64,000 nucleotides of DNA from a virus, in the IMG/VR virus record IMGVR_UViG_3300017934_000005, positions 32,676 to 96,675 of that record; one strand, given 5' to 3'. This document shows positions 11,376 to 20,815 of the stretch, piece by piece. Under the pieces are notes generated by a model. It ran no database searches, was not told the DNA's origin, and saw only the letters and a program-made list of their open reading frames with translations. A program made the position numbers and the translations under genes. Numbering within the stretch: position 1 is the stretch's first letter; every line of letters begins with the position of its first letter.

Positions 11376-13215
11376 GTTTGCCTCATATAGATCGGGCCGG
11401 CCTGGATCACTGCCAGGAGCGGAGCCCAGTTATCCGGCCGCAGGATGCCATGTTGCGGGCAGAGAAAAAATTCATAGAGAGAGTTCATCCCACAAACTCA
11501 ACCTGGATGTCGTGTCGAGCAAAAATTTCCGAGATTTTCTGTTCTCGATCCAGATCAGAAATATTCTCGTCATCATTGGTCCGATATGCCAAATCAACGT
11601 CTGCAGTTGCACAGCCTGGTTCGAGAAGCCAACCTGGGAGAGTAACATCGTTTTCTAGATGAAGTTCGTCCGCATCCTTGGCACCTGTAAGATAGTTTTC
11701 AGGTACTGGCAAGGCACTGCAGAGAATTCCTATACAACACTGTTTTCCATCGGCTTTGCGACGGAGATAAGAAACTTCGCTGCCTTCGCCCCGAAGCCAA
11801 ATTTTTCGATCAATTATGAGCTTCATCTTTCCTCCTTGACACCAAGCACATTTGCCGCAAGTACATTTCATCAGATGCTTTCATTCACAGTTTCTGGGTT
11901 ATACTCGACTTCAAACTCGATGGGGTTAACCGGATCGTCGTGATCATAATCTCGAATAAAATTGGATGCCACAGTTGGTAACGGCTGTCGTGCCCAGAAA
12001 GGTGAGTTGCTTCTATCAAGGTGTGTAGTCCAATCTAAACTAAACACCCAGGTAACCGGGATGCCGGCATCTCGCATCGCCAAAAAGACCGGGCAGTTTC
12101 CGCCATTCGCTCGGCATCCCTGGCGAATGTGCTCTTCTGTAACTTGAATTCTGATCATTGTTTGTACCTGTAAATATATTGATTCAATCCAACCCTGAGC
12201 GTGAACAAGCCTCTCCAATCCTCGGTCTGGTCCTCATCAACCTTGAGCATCTCGATCTGGACATCAGAGATGAGCCCATATGCTTTCTCCAGTTGTTTGA
12301 TCTGCTCAGGTGTCGGTTTCATCTCTTGGGCTCGTCTATTCGAATTGAGTTTCCACTCACCGGCTGAAATCTCAAAGACCCGAAGCCGGCGCTCACGTCC
12401 AAGTAATAGAGTCCAAGTTCTTCGTGGAGCGTCACGTAGACTTCGCGCTCCTGGTTAGGCTTACCGACCAGGAAAGTTATACTTCTGGCCGGTACGTAGC
12501 GCCTCTTCGTGACCGGACAATTAGTTCCGGCCACTTCTCCCGTACAGGCGCGCTCTTCGTAGAACACCTTGGAAGGCGTCTGGGAGTCCTGGAATTCATT
12601 CAGGATCGTGACCGCGTTCTCACGTTCGCGGATCAAATCCTTGATGTAGTCCTGAGCCCACTTAGGAAGTTTTTCGACGTTGCCGTGTAGCTTTGCCACT
12701 GTCGGCCTTTCTGGGCTGGAGAGCCCACCGCTTCAGGATCGCGGCTGCTTTGGGTTCGAAGTAGACGCAACCAATCAGAAGACCTGGTTTGCTATAAATT
12801 GGCAGTGAGTCCGCAAGACCCCACATAGTTTTTTCCCAAGACTCACCAGGATAATGGCCGTCAAGAGTTATGTATTTTTCTCCTCGGAAATACCTGGCAA
12901 TTTGGGTCCGTTTCACGCTACGCCGAATCTTTTCGCCCGCGCCCACGAGTTGATGCAGGTAGAGAGACGTGAGACGGAAAAAATTATTGCCTGAACTAAA
13001 GTTTCTCGGAAGTTTCATTTTTTCTCCTTTTTATTCCTTGCCATCTCGTATGGCTTGAAGGTGCTCCCATTCGTACTTGGCATCTTCGAGCCATGAAACT
13101 GCCAGGTCCAGTAATTCTCTCTGGAGAGCACTGTCTACCTGCTTCATCGCTTTGATAAAGTATTTCCAGTGCGGGCTGAGCAGGTACCGAACATGACGAA
13201 TTACAGGCCAGAATT

Positions 13216-13767
13216 TCATTTGCCCGCCAATACCTGAACCTTGAGAGCGTAAGCATCCGCATCAGGACCTATGCCATCGTAGTGACTGACCCAAGATCGA
13301 CCGTAAGTCTTAATCATAGACGCCATGATCTTAGTCCCAGTGTCCATGTTCTGCTCAGGATTGAAAAGATTAACCTGGGCGAAATCATACGCGGAAGCCT
13401 GAACCTTGACATTGATCTGTGTGAGTCCAACGGCACCCTTGCCGGAAATCGCCAGTGGATTGCAACTAGATTCCACGGAAACGATGGCCGCTATCATATT
13501 GGCCGGAACCTGATTGCGAATCGAGTTCTCAGCGGTCATCTCTGCAAGTTTCATATCGCCACAGCCAGATTTGCCATAGATTCGAGCCGCGTCAAAGAAT
13601 GCCTTGCGAAATGTGACATTCTGATACGGGTCTATTACTGGAGTAACAGCAGCTTTCACACTTGATTGTGTCGTAAACGGAAACACCATCGTCTCCGCTT
13701 TTGGCTGAATTGGTGCCAAAGTTGCCGCCAGCAAAACCAAGGCTTGGAAAGTGTTGATAAGCTTCAC
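13216..13767 (-). CDS. Secreted lytic transglycosylase (SLT domain)
   Basis: VESS catalytic Glu, AISGKGAVGLTQI, LFNPEQN. Probable start is the GTG at 13767 after AAAGGAGG, giving a signal peptide. Confidence 0.85.
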   Translation of the reverse strand: MKLINTFQALVLLAATLAPIQPKAETMVFPFTTQSSVKAAVTPVIDPYQNVTFRKAFFDAARIYGKSGCGDMKLAEMTAENSIRNQVPANMIAAIVSVESSCNPLAISGKGAVGLTQINVKVQASAYDFAQVNLFNPEQNMDTGTKIMASMIKTYGRSWVSHYDGIGPDADAYALKVQVLAGK

Positions 13768-13789
13768 GCTATCCTCCTTTGAAAAGTTA

Positions 13790-14120
13790 GAGCCGGTACT
13801 CCCATTAGCTTCTTCCACTTATACGGGTGCTTATGGTGGATGTCGGCCGCTTCGTCGGGTCTTCCCCTCCACGGTCACGCTTCCCGGCTCCAGATGGGCT
13901 CACGTGAGCCCAGGTGCACCACATCTATTTATACAGCGACTCATCAGGAGTCAACTGTGTTCGGCACCATTCTGGCCGGCCTGATGCCCGGCTAGATGCC
14001 GCCTTTTGCCGACTATTGACCCCACGTCTGGTCCATTCGGTCGGCATAGATTTTAGAGCCGAATCATCGTTCGGCTCAACTCAAGAATGGCGGCGAGGGG
14101 CGTCTCCGTTGGACCCCTAC
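13790..14120 (-). ncRNA. Multi-stem structured RNA region (unknown family)
   Basis: No credible ORF. Stems: GAGCCGG/CCGGCTC, GGGCTCACGTGAGCCC palindrome, and CGCCATTCT/AGAATGGTG enclosing GAGCCGAA/TTCGGCTC, TGCCGAC/GTCGGCA and GCCGG/CCGGC hairpins. Confidence 0.5.
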
Positions 14121-14165
14121 TTTAATCCGTGACGAACAATAACGAACACAGAACCACGTTAATAG

Positions 14166-14294
14166 CGCCGATGCTGGGAGTCGAACCCAGATTCCCGCTT
14201 TACAGGAGCGGTGTCTTTCCAGAGAGCCTTTTATAAGCGCCGTCTACACGGCTTACCCTTCGCTTTGCGCAGGCTCTACTTAGACCACATCGAT
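14166..14294 (-). tRNA. tRNA-like gene (Thr-TGT-like) with 55-nt structured insertion in the D-loop
   Basis: Acceptor ATCGATG/CATCGGC, D-stem GTCT/AGAC, anticodon arm CCGCT-CCTGTAA-AGCGG, T-arm CTGGG-TTCGACT-CCCAG. Insertion 14223-14277 is closed by AGAGCCT/AGGCTCT. No encoded CCA; C at position 33. Confidence 0.75.
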
Positions 14295-14300
14295 TACCGG

Positions 14301-14442
14301 TAGGAGCCGAGGCACATTATGTGTCCTCTTTGGCGACGATCCCAGGTGCCAAGGCCGGCAGCACCGACTCTTCACGTCACCCGGACGATTATTCCTCAGC
14401 TTGGTCGGCTTCGGCTTATCGTCCCATCCTATATAGCTCCTA
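14301..14442 (-). ncRNA. Multi-stem structured RNA between the two tRNA-like genes
   Basis: Closing stem TAGGAGC/GCTCCTA enclosing GGACGAT/ATCGTCC, GGTGC/GCACC and GAGG-CAC/GTG-CCTC stems. Confidence 0.5.
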
Positions 14443-14446
14443 AATC

Positions 14447-14618
14447 GCGTCCTGGTCGGGGGTTCAACCCGCATCTCCGGTACTAGTATGCTGATTTAGA
14501 AGTTCAGCGTCTATGACCAGAATCTTTTTGTTGAGATGAATTGTTCGCGGCCCTCTACAGGGCTTACCCTTCCGCTTTTCATCTCTCAAGAGCGCAAGGC
14601 TCTTTAGACGACAGGAAT
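14447..14618 (-). ncRNA. Degenerate tRNA-like RNA (Arg-TCT-like loop) with ~93-nt expanded D-loop
   Basis: TCCTG/CAGGA acceptor, GTCT/AGAC D-stem, GCTGA-ACTTCTAAA-TCAGC arm, long variable region, CGGG-TTGAACC-CCCG T-arm. The D-loop holds a GAGATGAA/TTCATCTC stem capped by the same module as in the neighbouring tRNA-like gene. Confidence 0.6.
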
Positions 14619-14623
14619 ATCGT

Positions 14624-14872
14624 TTACAGCGTAAACTTTGGCGTAGCCTTGGCTTGCTGCGGCTTCAGAGCCATCTCAAGAGCATCGATTTCCTCGCGCA
14701 GACGAGCCACGATCTTTTCCACGTGTTCTGAAAGCGGTTTGTGATGCGCAAGCTTGCCAATAAGTTGAATACTGGCAATAGCACGAGACGTGCGAGCCTG
14801 AGCCAACTGAATGAATTTTTGTTGTTTTTCGCTGATAGCGATTTCAGTAGGTGATGCGTTTCCTGGTTTCAT
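14624..14872 (-). CDS. Small helical hypothetical phage protein
   Basis: GGAGG RBS; first gene after promoter at 14890-14918. Confidence 0.6.
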   Translation of the reverse strand: MKPGNASPTEIAISEKQQKFIQLAQARTSRAIASIQLIGKLAHHKPLSEHVEKIVARLREEIDALEMALKPQQAKATPKFTL

Positions 14873-14889
14873 CTATCCTCCACATAAAC

Positions 14890-14918
14890 AAAATACCAAA
14901 TCTCTCGCAGGTTGTCAA
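14890..14918 (-). promoter_or_regulatory. Sigma70-type promoter
   Basis: TTGACA-17 bp-TATTTT, TGG before -10. Confidence 0.75.
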
Positions 14919-14929
14919 CACTTATTTTC

Positions 14930-15203
14930 GGGAATTATAGAGTTAACTCCCCTGAAATTTCCTCAGTTGTTAAAGATCGCAGTCCAGCCTCTGTCCAATA
15001 AGATCGATCAGTTGGACAGGGTGATTGAAGAACCAGATATTGCCATTCTCCTTCCTCAAAATCTAACACTTCCATGATTCGTCCGTAAAAACCAAGATCA
15101 TCGATGAACACAACTTGGTTCTTCTTAAACTTTGGTTTCGGCTGTTTTATTTTTGGCATTGCAATCCCTTTCTTTTCTTGTGGGAGTCATCTATATAATT
15201 CCC
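14930..15203. mobile_element. Non-autonomous IS1595-family cassette (MITE/MIC 1), 274 bp
   Basis: 22-bp TIRs GGGAATTATAGAGTTAACTCCC (left identical to the IS at 51745; right 19/22); 8-bp direct repeat TTATTTTC at 14922-14929 and 15204-15211. Confidence 0.9.
14935..15159 (-). CDS. Cassette cargo: small KOW/SH3-like protein
   Basis: 74 aa filling the cassette; stop codon lies inside the TIR; similar to 47173..47370. Confidence 0.7.
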   Translation of the reverse strand: MPKIKQPKPKFKKNQVVFIDDLGFYGRIMEVLDFEEGEWQYLVLQSPCPTDRSYWTEAGLRSLTTEEISGELTL

Positions 15204-15225
15204 TTATTTTCAACTATTTTTGGGG

Positions 15226-15600
15226 TTACCAGAGTTTACGGAAGGCTCCACGGAGGGCGAGCCGACGCATACCGGCCTCGAAGACCTTGCTAGTCTTGCA
15301 TTTCTTGACTCGCGGGTGTTCCATATGAACCATTTCGTGGAGTAGAGTCGGGAGTGCAACGCGAAGATCGCGTTTATAACGAGCATTGATGATAATCTTG
15401 GCCTCTACATTGGCTTTTACCGTGCGGCCCTTGGGGTCCACAAGATCGAAAGTAAAAGTGCGGCCCATGATATCATGCATGAGCTTGTGGTGATTGGGAA
15501 CAAATCGAATACTATGGAGATGAAGTTTTCCTCCAAAGTATTTTCGATTGTATTTGTTGAAGTAAATCTTAAGACTTCTATCCGTGAGTGTTCGGATCAC
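15226..15600 (-). CDS. SprT-like zinc metalloprotease domain protein
   Basis: FNKYNRKYFGG...TLLHEMVH. Confidence 0.75.
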   Translation of the reverse strand: MIRTLTDRSLKIYFNKYNRKYFGGKLHLHSIRFVPNHHKLMHDIMGRTFTFDLVDPKGRTVKANVEAKIIINARYKRDLRVALPTLLHEMVHMEHPRVKKCKTSKVFEAGMRRLALRGAFRKLW

Positions 15601-15827
15601 GCCGTCCTCCTAATTATTTGCGGTAGAAGCGTACTGAAAAAAGTAGCGAAACTTTCCCACATGGAAAGGAAGCACTGGTTTCTCAAATCCATCGATGTGG
15701 AGTATGCGCCAGATCGAACGGTATCCGATCAAGACTCAGAGCAAGGATAGTTCCTGTTTAATCTGATCTAAAATCTCTTTGTCAAAATAGACCGAATCAG
15801 AACCACAAATGTAGGTTCGATAGGGTT

Positions 15828-16352
15828 TCAACTGTTGATCCTTGTGATCCATCCTGCCAAATCCTTTCGCTCCGCTGGCCTCGCGTTGGCGATCCCGATA
15901 GCATGGCTAACCAGGACAGCCTTGAACGCGGACAAGAACGTGTAGACATCGGCGTCGTTAAGAGCCGCGAGTGTATGAGGACCGAAGACGCCATCCTCGG
16001 CAAGCTTGAGTAAACCCTGAGCGTATTTGATCACGGTACCGGGTCCGAACAAGAAACCTAGATCGAAAATCTTATTGGCTTCGACCTGGTTTACAATTTG
16101 CGAATATAGCGGATGCCAATACGGAGGAACTTGCGGAGGCCGGCCATGAATATAGGCTTGGATAGCCTGGTCCTCGGTCAGGTTCTTGATATCCAGGTCG
16201 GGAAATTCATGCGCACTGATACCGAACTTCGTGCCTTTTAATTCACCGGAACCCTTGACACCACCCGTCCAGTTTCCGGGATCGTCAACGTCGTCTTGGA
16301 AACCCCCTTCATGCTGTAGGGTTATTGCTATTGCTATCTTCGGATCGGCCAT
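15828..16352 (-). CDS. Endolysin, glycosyl hydrolase family 108
   Basis: HEGG...DDPG...TKFGIS, DGVFGPHT, GWITRI. Confidence 0.9.
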   Translation of the reverse strand: MADPKIAIAITLQHEGGFQDDVDDPGNWTGGVKGSGELKGTKFGISAHEFPDLDIKNLTEDQAIQAYIHGRPPQVPPYWHPLYSQIVNQVEANKIFDLGFLFGPGTVIKYAQGLLKLAEDGVFGPHTLAALNDADVYTFLSAFKAVLVSHAIGIANARPAERKDLAGWITRINS

Positions 16353-17487
16353 ACAATCTTCGCTGAATCTCCTTCAGCGCCTCCTCGTGTGGATAGTTCT
16401 GAAAACAATAAGTTCGAAGCTCGGCCTCGGCGCGAGTTAAATTATTGACTTTACAAAATTTCTTGAGGCTGGTGCAGACATCGCAGAAATCGCTACCATC
16501 TTGATCTTCTTGGTTTGAAGGAATATAGACGCCATGAATGCATTTGCCTCCAGGTTCCGTGACGCTAAAATTGTTAAGTCCCACTGGGACGAAGTCGATG
16601 CCGGCTGCTGGTACCACCACATCTGAACGTAGACTTGGAAACATTAGAGATTAGCCTCGGGTTGGAATTTACGCCACACTTCTATTTCTGACTTCACGAA
16701 CTCGGCGATGCGTTCCCGCAACATTTCACGGATCACACGAACAACTGCTGAAACTTAGAAAAAATTTTATAGGTTCTTTCATTTTATTCACCGTGGCAGA
16801 TGCATTGACATCCTCGACGCCGGCTCTTATTTAACAAACATCCACAGGTTGGACAAACCTGATTTGCTAAGGCTACGGATGTGCTCGACTTCTGCACTGG
16901 TTTCTCTCGGAAAACGTAAGGACACTCACACTCGTCCAGTGGCTTTTCACACTGAGAGCAAAGCTGTTCAAAGTCGTGTAATCTCATTTTTTGGGATAAA
17001 TCCCCCCATTTTGGTATAATCAACGTTCGGGTGAGTACCCTTAGATGCAACCATAGCATCAATGAAAAGATTTAACTCATCACCGTCAGCTTGGAAAGTT
17101 ACAACTCGGTCAAGTTCAGGGAAAGCTTCTCCAATGTGCCACTGATACCAATAGTCGTGTCCGGGCATGGACCTACTCTTCATTTTTATTGCAAGCATCT
17201 ATAAGCTCCTGTCGTTTCACTCGGGCTCGAACCCGGTGACCGTGAATGTCCTTGGGATAAGCTAGATAAAAAACCGAAGCATAGACCCTTCGACCTTTCT
17301 CGTCTAGTAAAGGCATCGTGGTGCCAGATACAAACAGGGGTTTGACATCAGACCATTTTACAACCTGACGTTCATTCGGAAAATTAAAACTAGAGTTTCG
17401 TAAGTTTCGTAGGTTGTAAAAGCTTTCATCGCGTTTGTATTTATTCGTGAAAGATATGATTTCAAATCCTTCCATTAGCCCTCCCTA

Positions 17488-18090
17488 TCATTCACCTTTT
17501 CCTTCCGCATCTTTCTCGAAAGTCTTCTTGAACAGAGTTTTCGTAGCTTGGTGATAAACTACAATTCCTTCGGGCTGCATAAACCCTGGAGCAGTCACAC
17601 TCCCTCCCAGGCGTAATCCATTCATCGCGGCTTCAATAGCCGAGGTTTCGAATAAACCTTCATAAAGAATGGGCACGACTCCACAGTAGGCTGGTCGTTG
17701 GTCTCGACCATCCCGCCAGCGATTCACGTTGAAGAGACTGAATCTCTTTTCGCTGAGACCATACCGACGCTGAATTCCGAGACCCCACCACTCCCCGAAA
17801 TGATGCCCAGGTCCGAGTTGGAGAAGTTCGTCTCGATGTTCGTGAGCCCACTTGGAAAAACCATAGTTGTCATCGGAAGGAGTAATCCAGCGGGTCCGTG
17901 AGCCTGTGAGAAAGAGACCTGCATCCCCGTTTTCCTCGCTGCCAATATAGATGCTCGCATTGGTTCCATCGATCTTCTTCGTGATCGTACAGCCGCGACT
18001 TAGCCTCCCGATCTTCGGCATTGGCTTAAACTCCGGTAGTGGCGGAGTACCAGAATTACACTCTGGAGTACCACAAAAATATGTCGTCAT
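17488..18090 (-). CDS. ATP-dependent RNA ligase (Rnl2-like adenylation domain)
   Basis: KIDGTN (motif I), GSR, FGEWWG, FSLFN, PEGIVV, terminal KK. Confidence 0.85.
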   Translation of the reverse strand: MTTYFCGTPECNSGTPPLPEFKPMPKIGRLSRGCTITKKIDGTNASIYIGSEENGDAGLFLTGSRTRWITPSDDNYGFSKWAHEHRDELLQLGPGHHFGEWWGLGIQRRYGLSEKRFSLFNVNRWRDGRDQRPAYCGVVPILYEGLFETSAIEAAMNGLRLGGSVTAPGFMQPEGIVVYHQATKTLFKKTFEKDAEGKGE

Positions 18091-18091
18091 G

Positions 18092-18817
18092 TTAGTCTAA
18101 GCTCCCGTCTGCAGTTCCTAGCTGCTTGTAAGACTCGATTCCCAACGCTTTCGGACAACGACAATTTGGCCCACAAATGTGATTTAACAACCGGAGCCGA
18201 CGACGTTCAGCTTTTTCGACTTCTAAAGCAAGTTCTTCTTGGAACGCAAGTCTCGCCGCGACTGGACCGCGTGCCTGGTACTTATCTGGATCGGCAATGA
18301 ACTCCTCCAATTCGACCGGCTTGTAATCGGTGTACTCCACAGCAAACAAACGTTGCCACGGATTATAAAGCTTGCCGGTTCGAGTAAACCGCTCGGTTTC
18401 TGGTTCGTTCTTATGGAAACCGTGCCAGATGTTGTGAAGGTGACCGTGAATATTCAGATCACATCCGCCTGGTAGTGACTTCGCCGGCTTGTGCGTGAAC
18501 CAAATGTGCCGGAAGATCATGGCATCGCAAGCGAAGTCAAATCCGTTCTGCATCCACCAGGTACAGTTATGGTGCCAATCATGGTTGCCACGAATCAACA
18601 TCTTCCGGCCTGGAAGCGAAGGATAGATCGCCTTCCATCCCGCTGGCGGGCCAATAAAAACGTCGCCGGCACAGATAACTAAGTCTTGAGGCTGAACCAC
18701 GGTCTGCCAATTGTGAACGATCAGGTCCGTAAAATTCCGGGGCCGATCACAATAGGTCTCGATCTTGCTGTGATTCAGGTGTGGATCGCTAATTATCCAA
18801 GTTTTCGGTGCGCTCAT
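18092..18817 (-). CDS. Calcineurin-like metallophosphoesterase
   Basis: SDPHLNH, GD, RGNHD, THKP, HGHLH. Confidence 0.9.
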   Translation of the reverse strand: MSAPKTWIISDPHLNHSKIETYCDRPRNFTDLIVHNWQTVVQPQDLVICAGDVFIGPPAGWKAIYPSLPGRKMLIRGNHDWHHNCTWWMQNGFDFACDAMIFRHIWFTHKPAKSLPGGCDLNIHGHLHNIWHGFHKNEPETERFTRTGKLYNPWQRLFAVEYTDYKPVELEEFIADPDKYQARGPVAARLAFQEELALEVEKAERRRLRLLNHICGPNCRCPKALGIESYKQLGTADGSLD

Positions 18818-19321
18818 TAGTATCCTATCGGTGACCGGTCTCCATACTCCAAATTCTCGCTTAGGTATCCTCTCCAGACCGTAAGTTTGTCGCCGGGTTG
18901 TGGGGTTGCAGATGCCAGAAACCAGGTCTTAGCAGCTTCCACGACATCTTTCTGAGACAAAAATCGCGTGGTCTCATAACCCCAATCTGAGTTGAAGTAA
19001 GTAAGTTCAACGAAATCTGATTGACCGGGACCCACGCGCTCAGGAGGAATTTTAATCGTAGCGTAGTAATGTTCGGCAATATAAATGCCAACATAGGTTG
19101 TGATGCGAAGTTGAAATTTGCTCATGCATTTCGCTTCTTCAATGTAACTTGAACGATTGAGTGCCAGGGAAATCCTGCTTTGTCTTCTTCGTGCCAATAC
19201 ATGCCCTGTGACTGAACGTCCCGGAGCCAATCCATCACGATAGTTGCATCTGGTCGAGTATCGTGTTCACCGATTTCAACTTCAAAATTGTAAGCGCCCT
19301 CTGTTTCAACGTAGAGATGTC

Positions 19322-19552
19322 TCACCAGGATATTCCCTCTCGATACCACTTCCAGAAATTACGTCCTTGGACCACAAATAAAACCGATCCTATGACAATA
19401 ATAGACCAAGTCTTGTGTTGAATCCCAACTATCGTGGTGAAAAATTCAGCCAGGAAAGCCAGGAACGGACCAAGCAATCGCTTGTTACCCATGAGCCAGA
19501 GGCCGGCAAGCAGTAAAACTGTCGCCGAAAGTTGAACGACAAAATCAATCAT
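19322..19552 (-). CDS. PnuC-like small membrane protein
   Basis: Three TM helices ending in FWKW. Confidence 0.5.
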   Translation of the reverse strand: MIDFVVQLSATVLLLAGLWLMGNKRLLGPFLAFLAEFFTTIVGIQHKTWSIIVIGSVLFVVQGRNFWKWYREGISW

Positions 19553-20474
19553 GCGCCCTTCTTCAAAACTTTGACTACATCGATAAGAATACCACCAATG
19601 ATAAGAAGTAATATGACCGTAAGAATCGGATGATTTGATGCGAAATTAAGTATAGTGCTCATGCGCCCTCCGCGACCGAATGTGTGTTGTGGTGACCGAA
19701 ATCAACCAGGTGATGTGAGTCCTCCTCCCGGGCCGGAATCTCGGCCATGACTACGCCTGGACAAAGTGGTTCAATCATTTGTTCAATGATTGTACCTGGT
19801 GTAGTTTTTTCCATTAAAGCGTTGTATGCCTGTTGCCCATAGTCAAGAGTATCTTCAAGATTTTTGATTTTTAACTCCATTTCCCTCATAGCAATATCGT
19901 CTGCTTGTTTAAGAACGCCCAATGCTTCGATTTGAGCGTCGTAGGCACCCAGAAGAACCCTGATGCGATCCGGCGTCACGTAGAGACCGGCCGCAAGATT
20001 GAGACGAAGTTGGCGAATGCTCTCCTCAGGAGTCTCGACACGGACTTCCTTGACTTCTCTGACCTGACTCGCTCTCGCTGTTTTGCTTAACTCAGCCATT
20101 GGTTCATGTTCCTTTCCAGGATTTGAATCCATTCCTCTCGAATCTCGTCTTGAATCACTGGGTCAATACCATCCCACTCATCACCTATACCACCGCGATC
20201 ACTCAGGTCCGCGATGATTTCATCCACTGCAGCTTCATATCGCTCTCTCATATCTTTGTCATGTCTTCGGTCTTGGATTTTTCCTCGGCAATCTCAAAGA
20301 CTTTGTGAGTGAATTCAGCCAGGGAGTCATCAATTTCTTCCTGATATTGTTGATAGTACACAGTCCACCAGTGTAACCAGATATTCTTCATGATTTTCTC
20401 CCAATCAGCTTGAGAGATAGTGTCAAATTCAGCCGGTTTATCCGGTACATTGATTGCAGCTTCAATCGCTATCT

Positions 20475-20815
20475 TCATTTGGGACCCCACGTGAAACAAC
20501 GTTTGTAAACTTCTCTGGCTTTTTGACTTCGGCGCTTTCCAAAATAAGGCATTAGCAGAGTTAAAACCTTCACAATGTCAGATTTTTTCTTTGTACGCCA
20601 GCGAAGTGACGGGCTGTGTTTACGATTCTTGGGTTTCCATAAACGAAGATGCCCGACTTTCACAATCCTTAAAAACCGTCTGACCACATCGCGGTCTTTC
20701 ATTCCTAATGCGAGCCCGGAGTCTTGCATTTGCCAGCTATGAAAATACAACCTTCACCCTCGAACAGGCCAGCAGCCCAAGCAATTTCTCTTGTTCTAAT
20801 CTTTGTACGGATCAT
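20475..20815 (-). pseudogene. Frameshifted LAGLIDADG homing endonuclease
   Basis: ATG at 20815 gives MIRTKIRTREIAWAAGLFEGEGCI..., which stops at ~20706. The continuation LALGMKDRDVVRRF...LMPYFGKRR is in the -1 frame. Confidence 0.75.

Noticed and set aside
13935-13950. CTGATGAG (- strand), resembling a hammerhead ribozyme core
   Set aside because: No stem II followed by GAAA. The sequence instead forms the loop and arm of a simple GACTC/GAGTC hairpin.
14485-14510. Possible amber-suppressor (CTA) anticodon implying stop-codon recoding
   Set aside because: The register from the D-stem favours loop CTTCTAA (TCT). Genes end normally at TAG, TGA and TAA with no sign of read-through fragmentation.
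14547-14575. AAGCCC...GTAGAGGG resembling twister ribozyme motifs
   Set aside because: The second copy (GCCGTGTAGACGGC) covaries as a plain hairpin, and the twister pseudoknot partners are absent.
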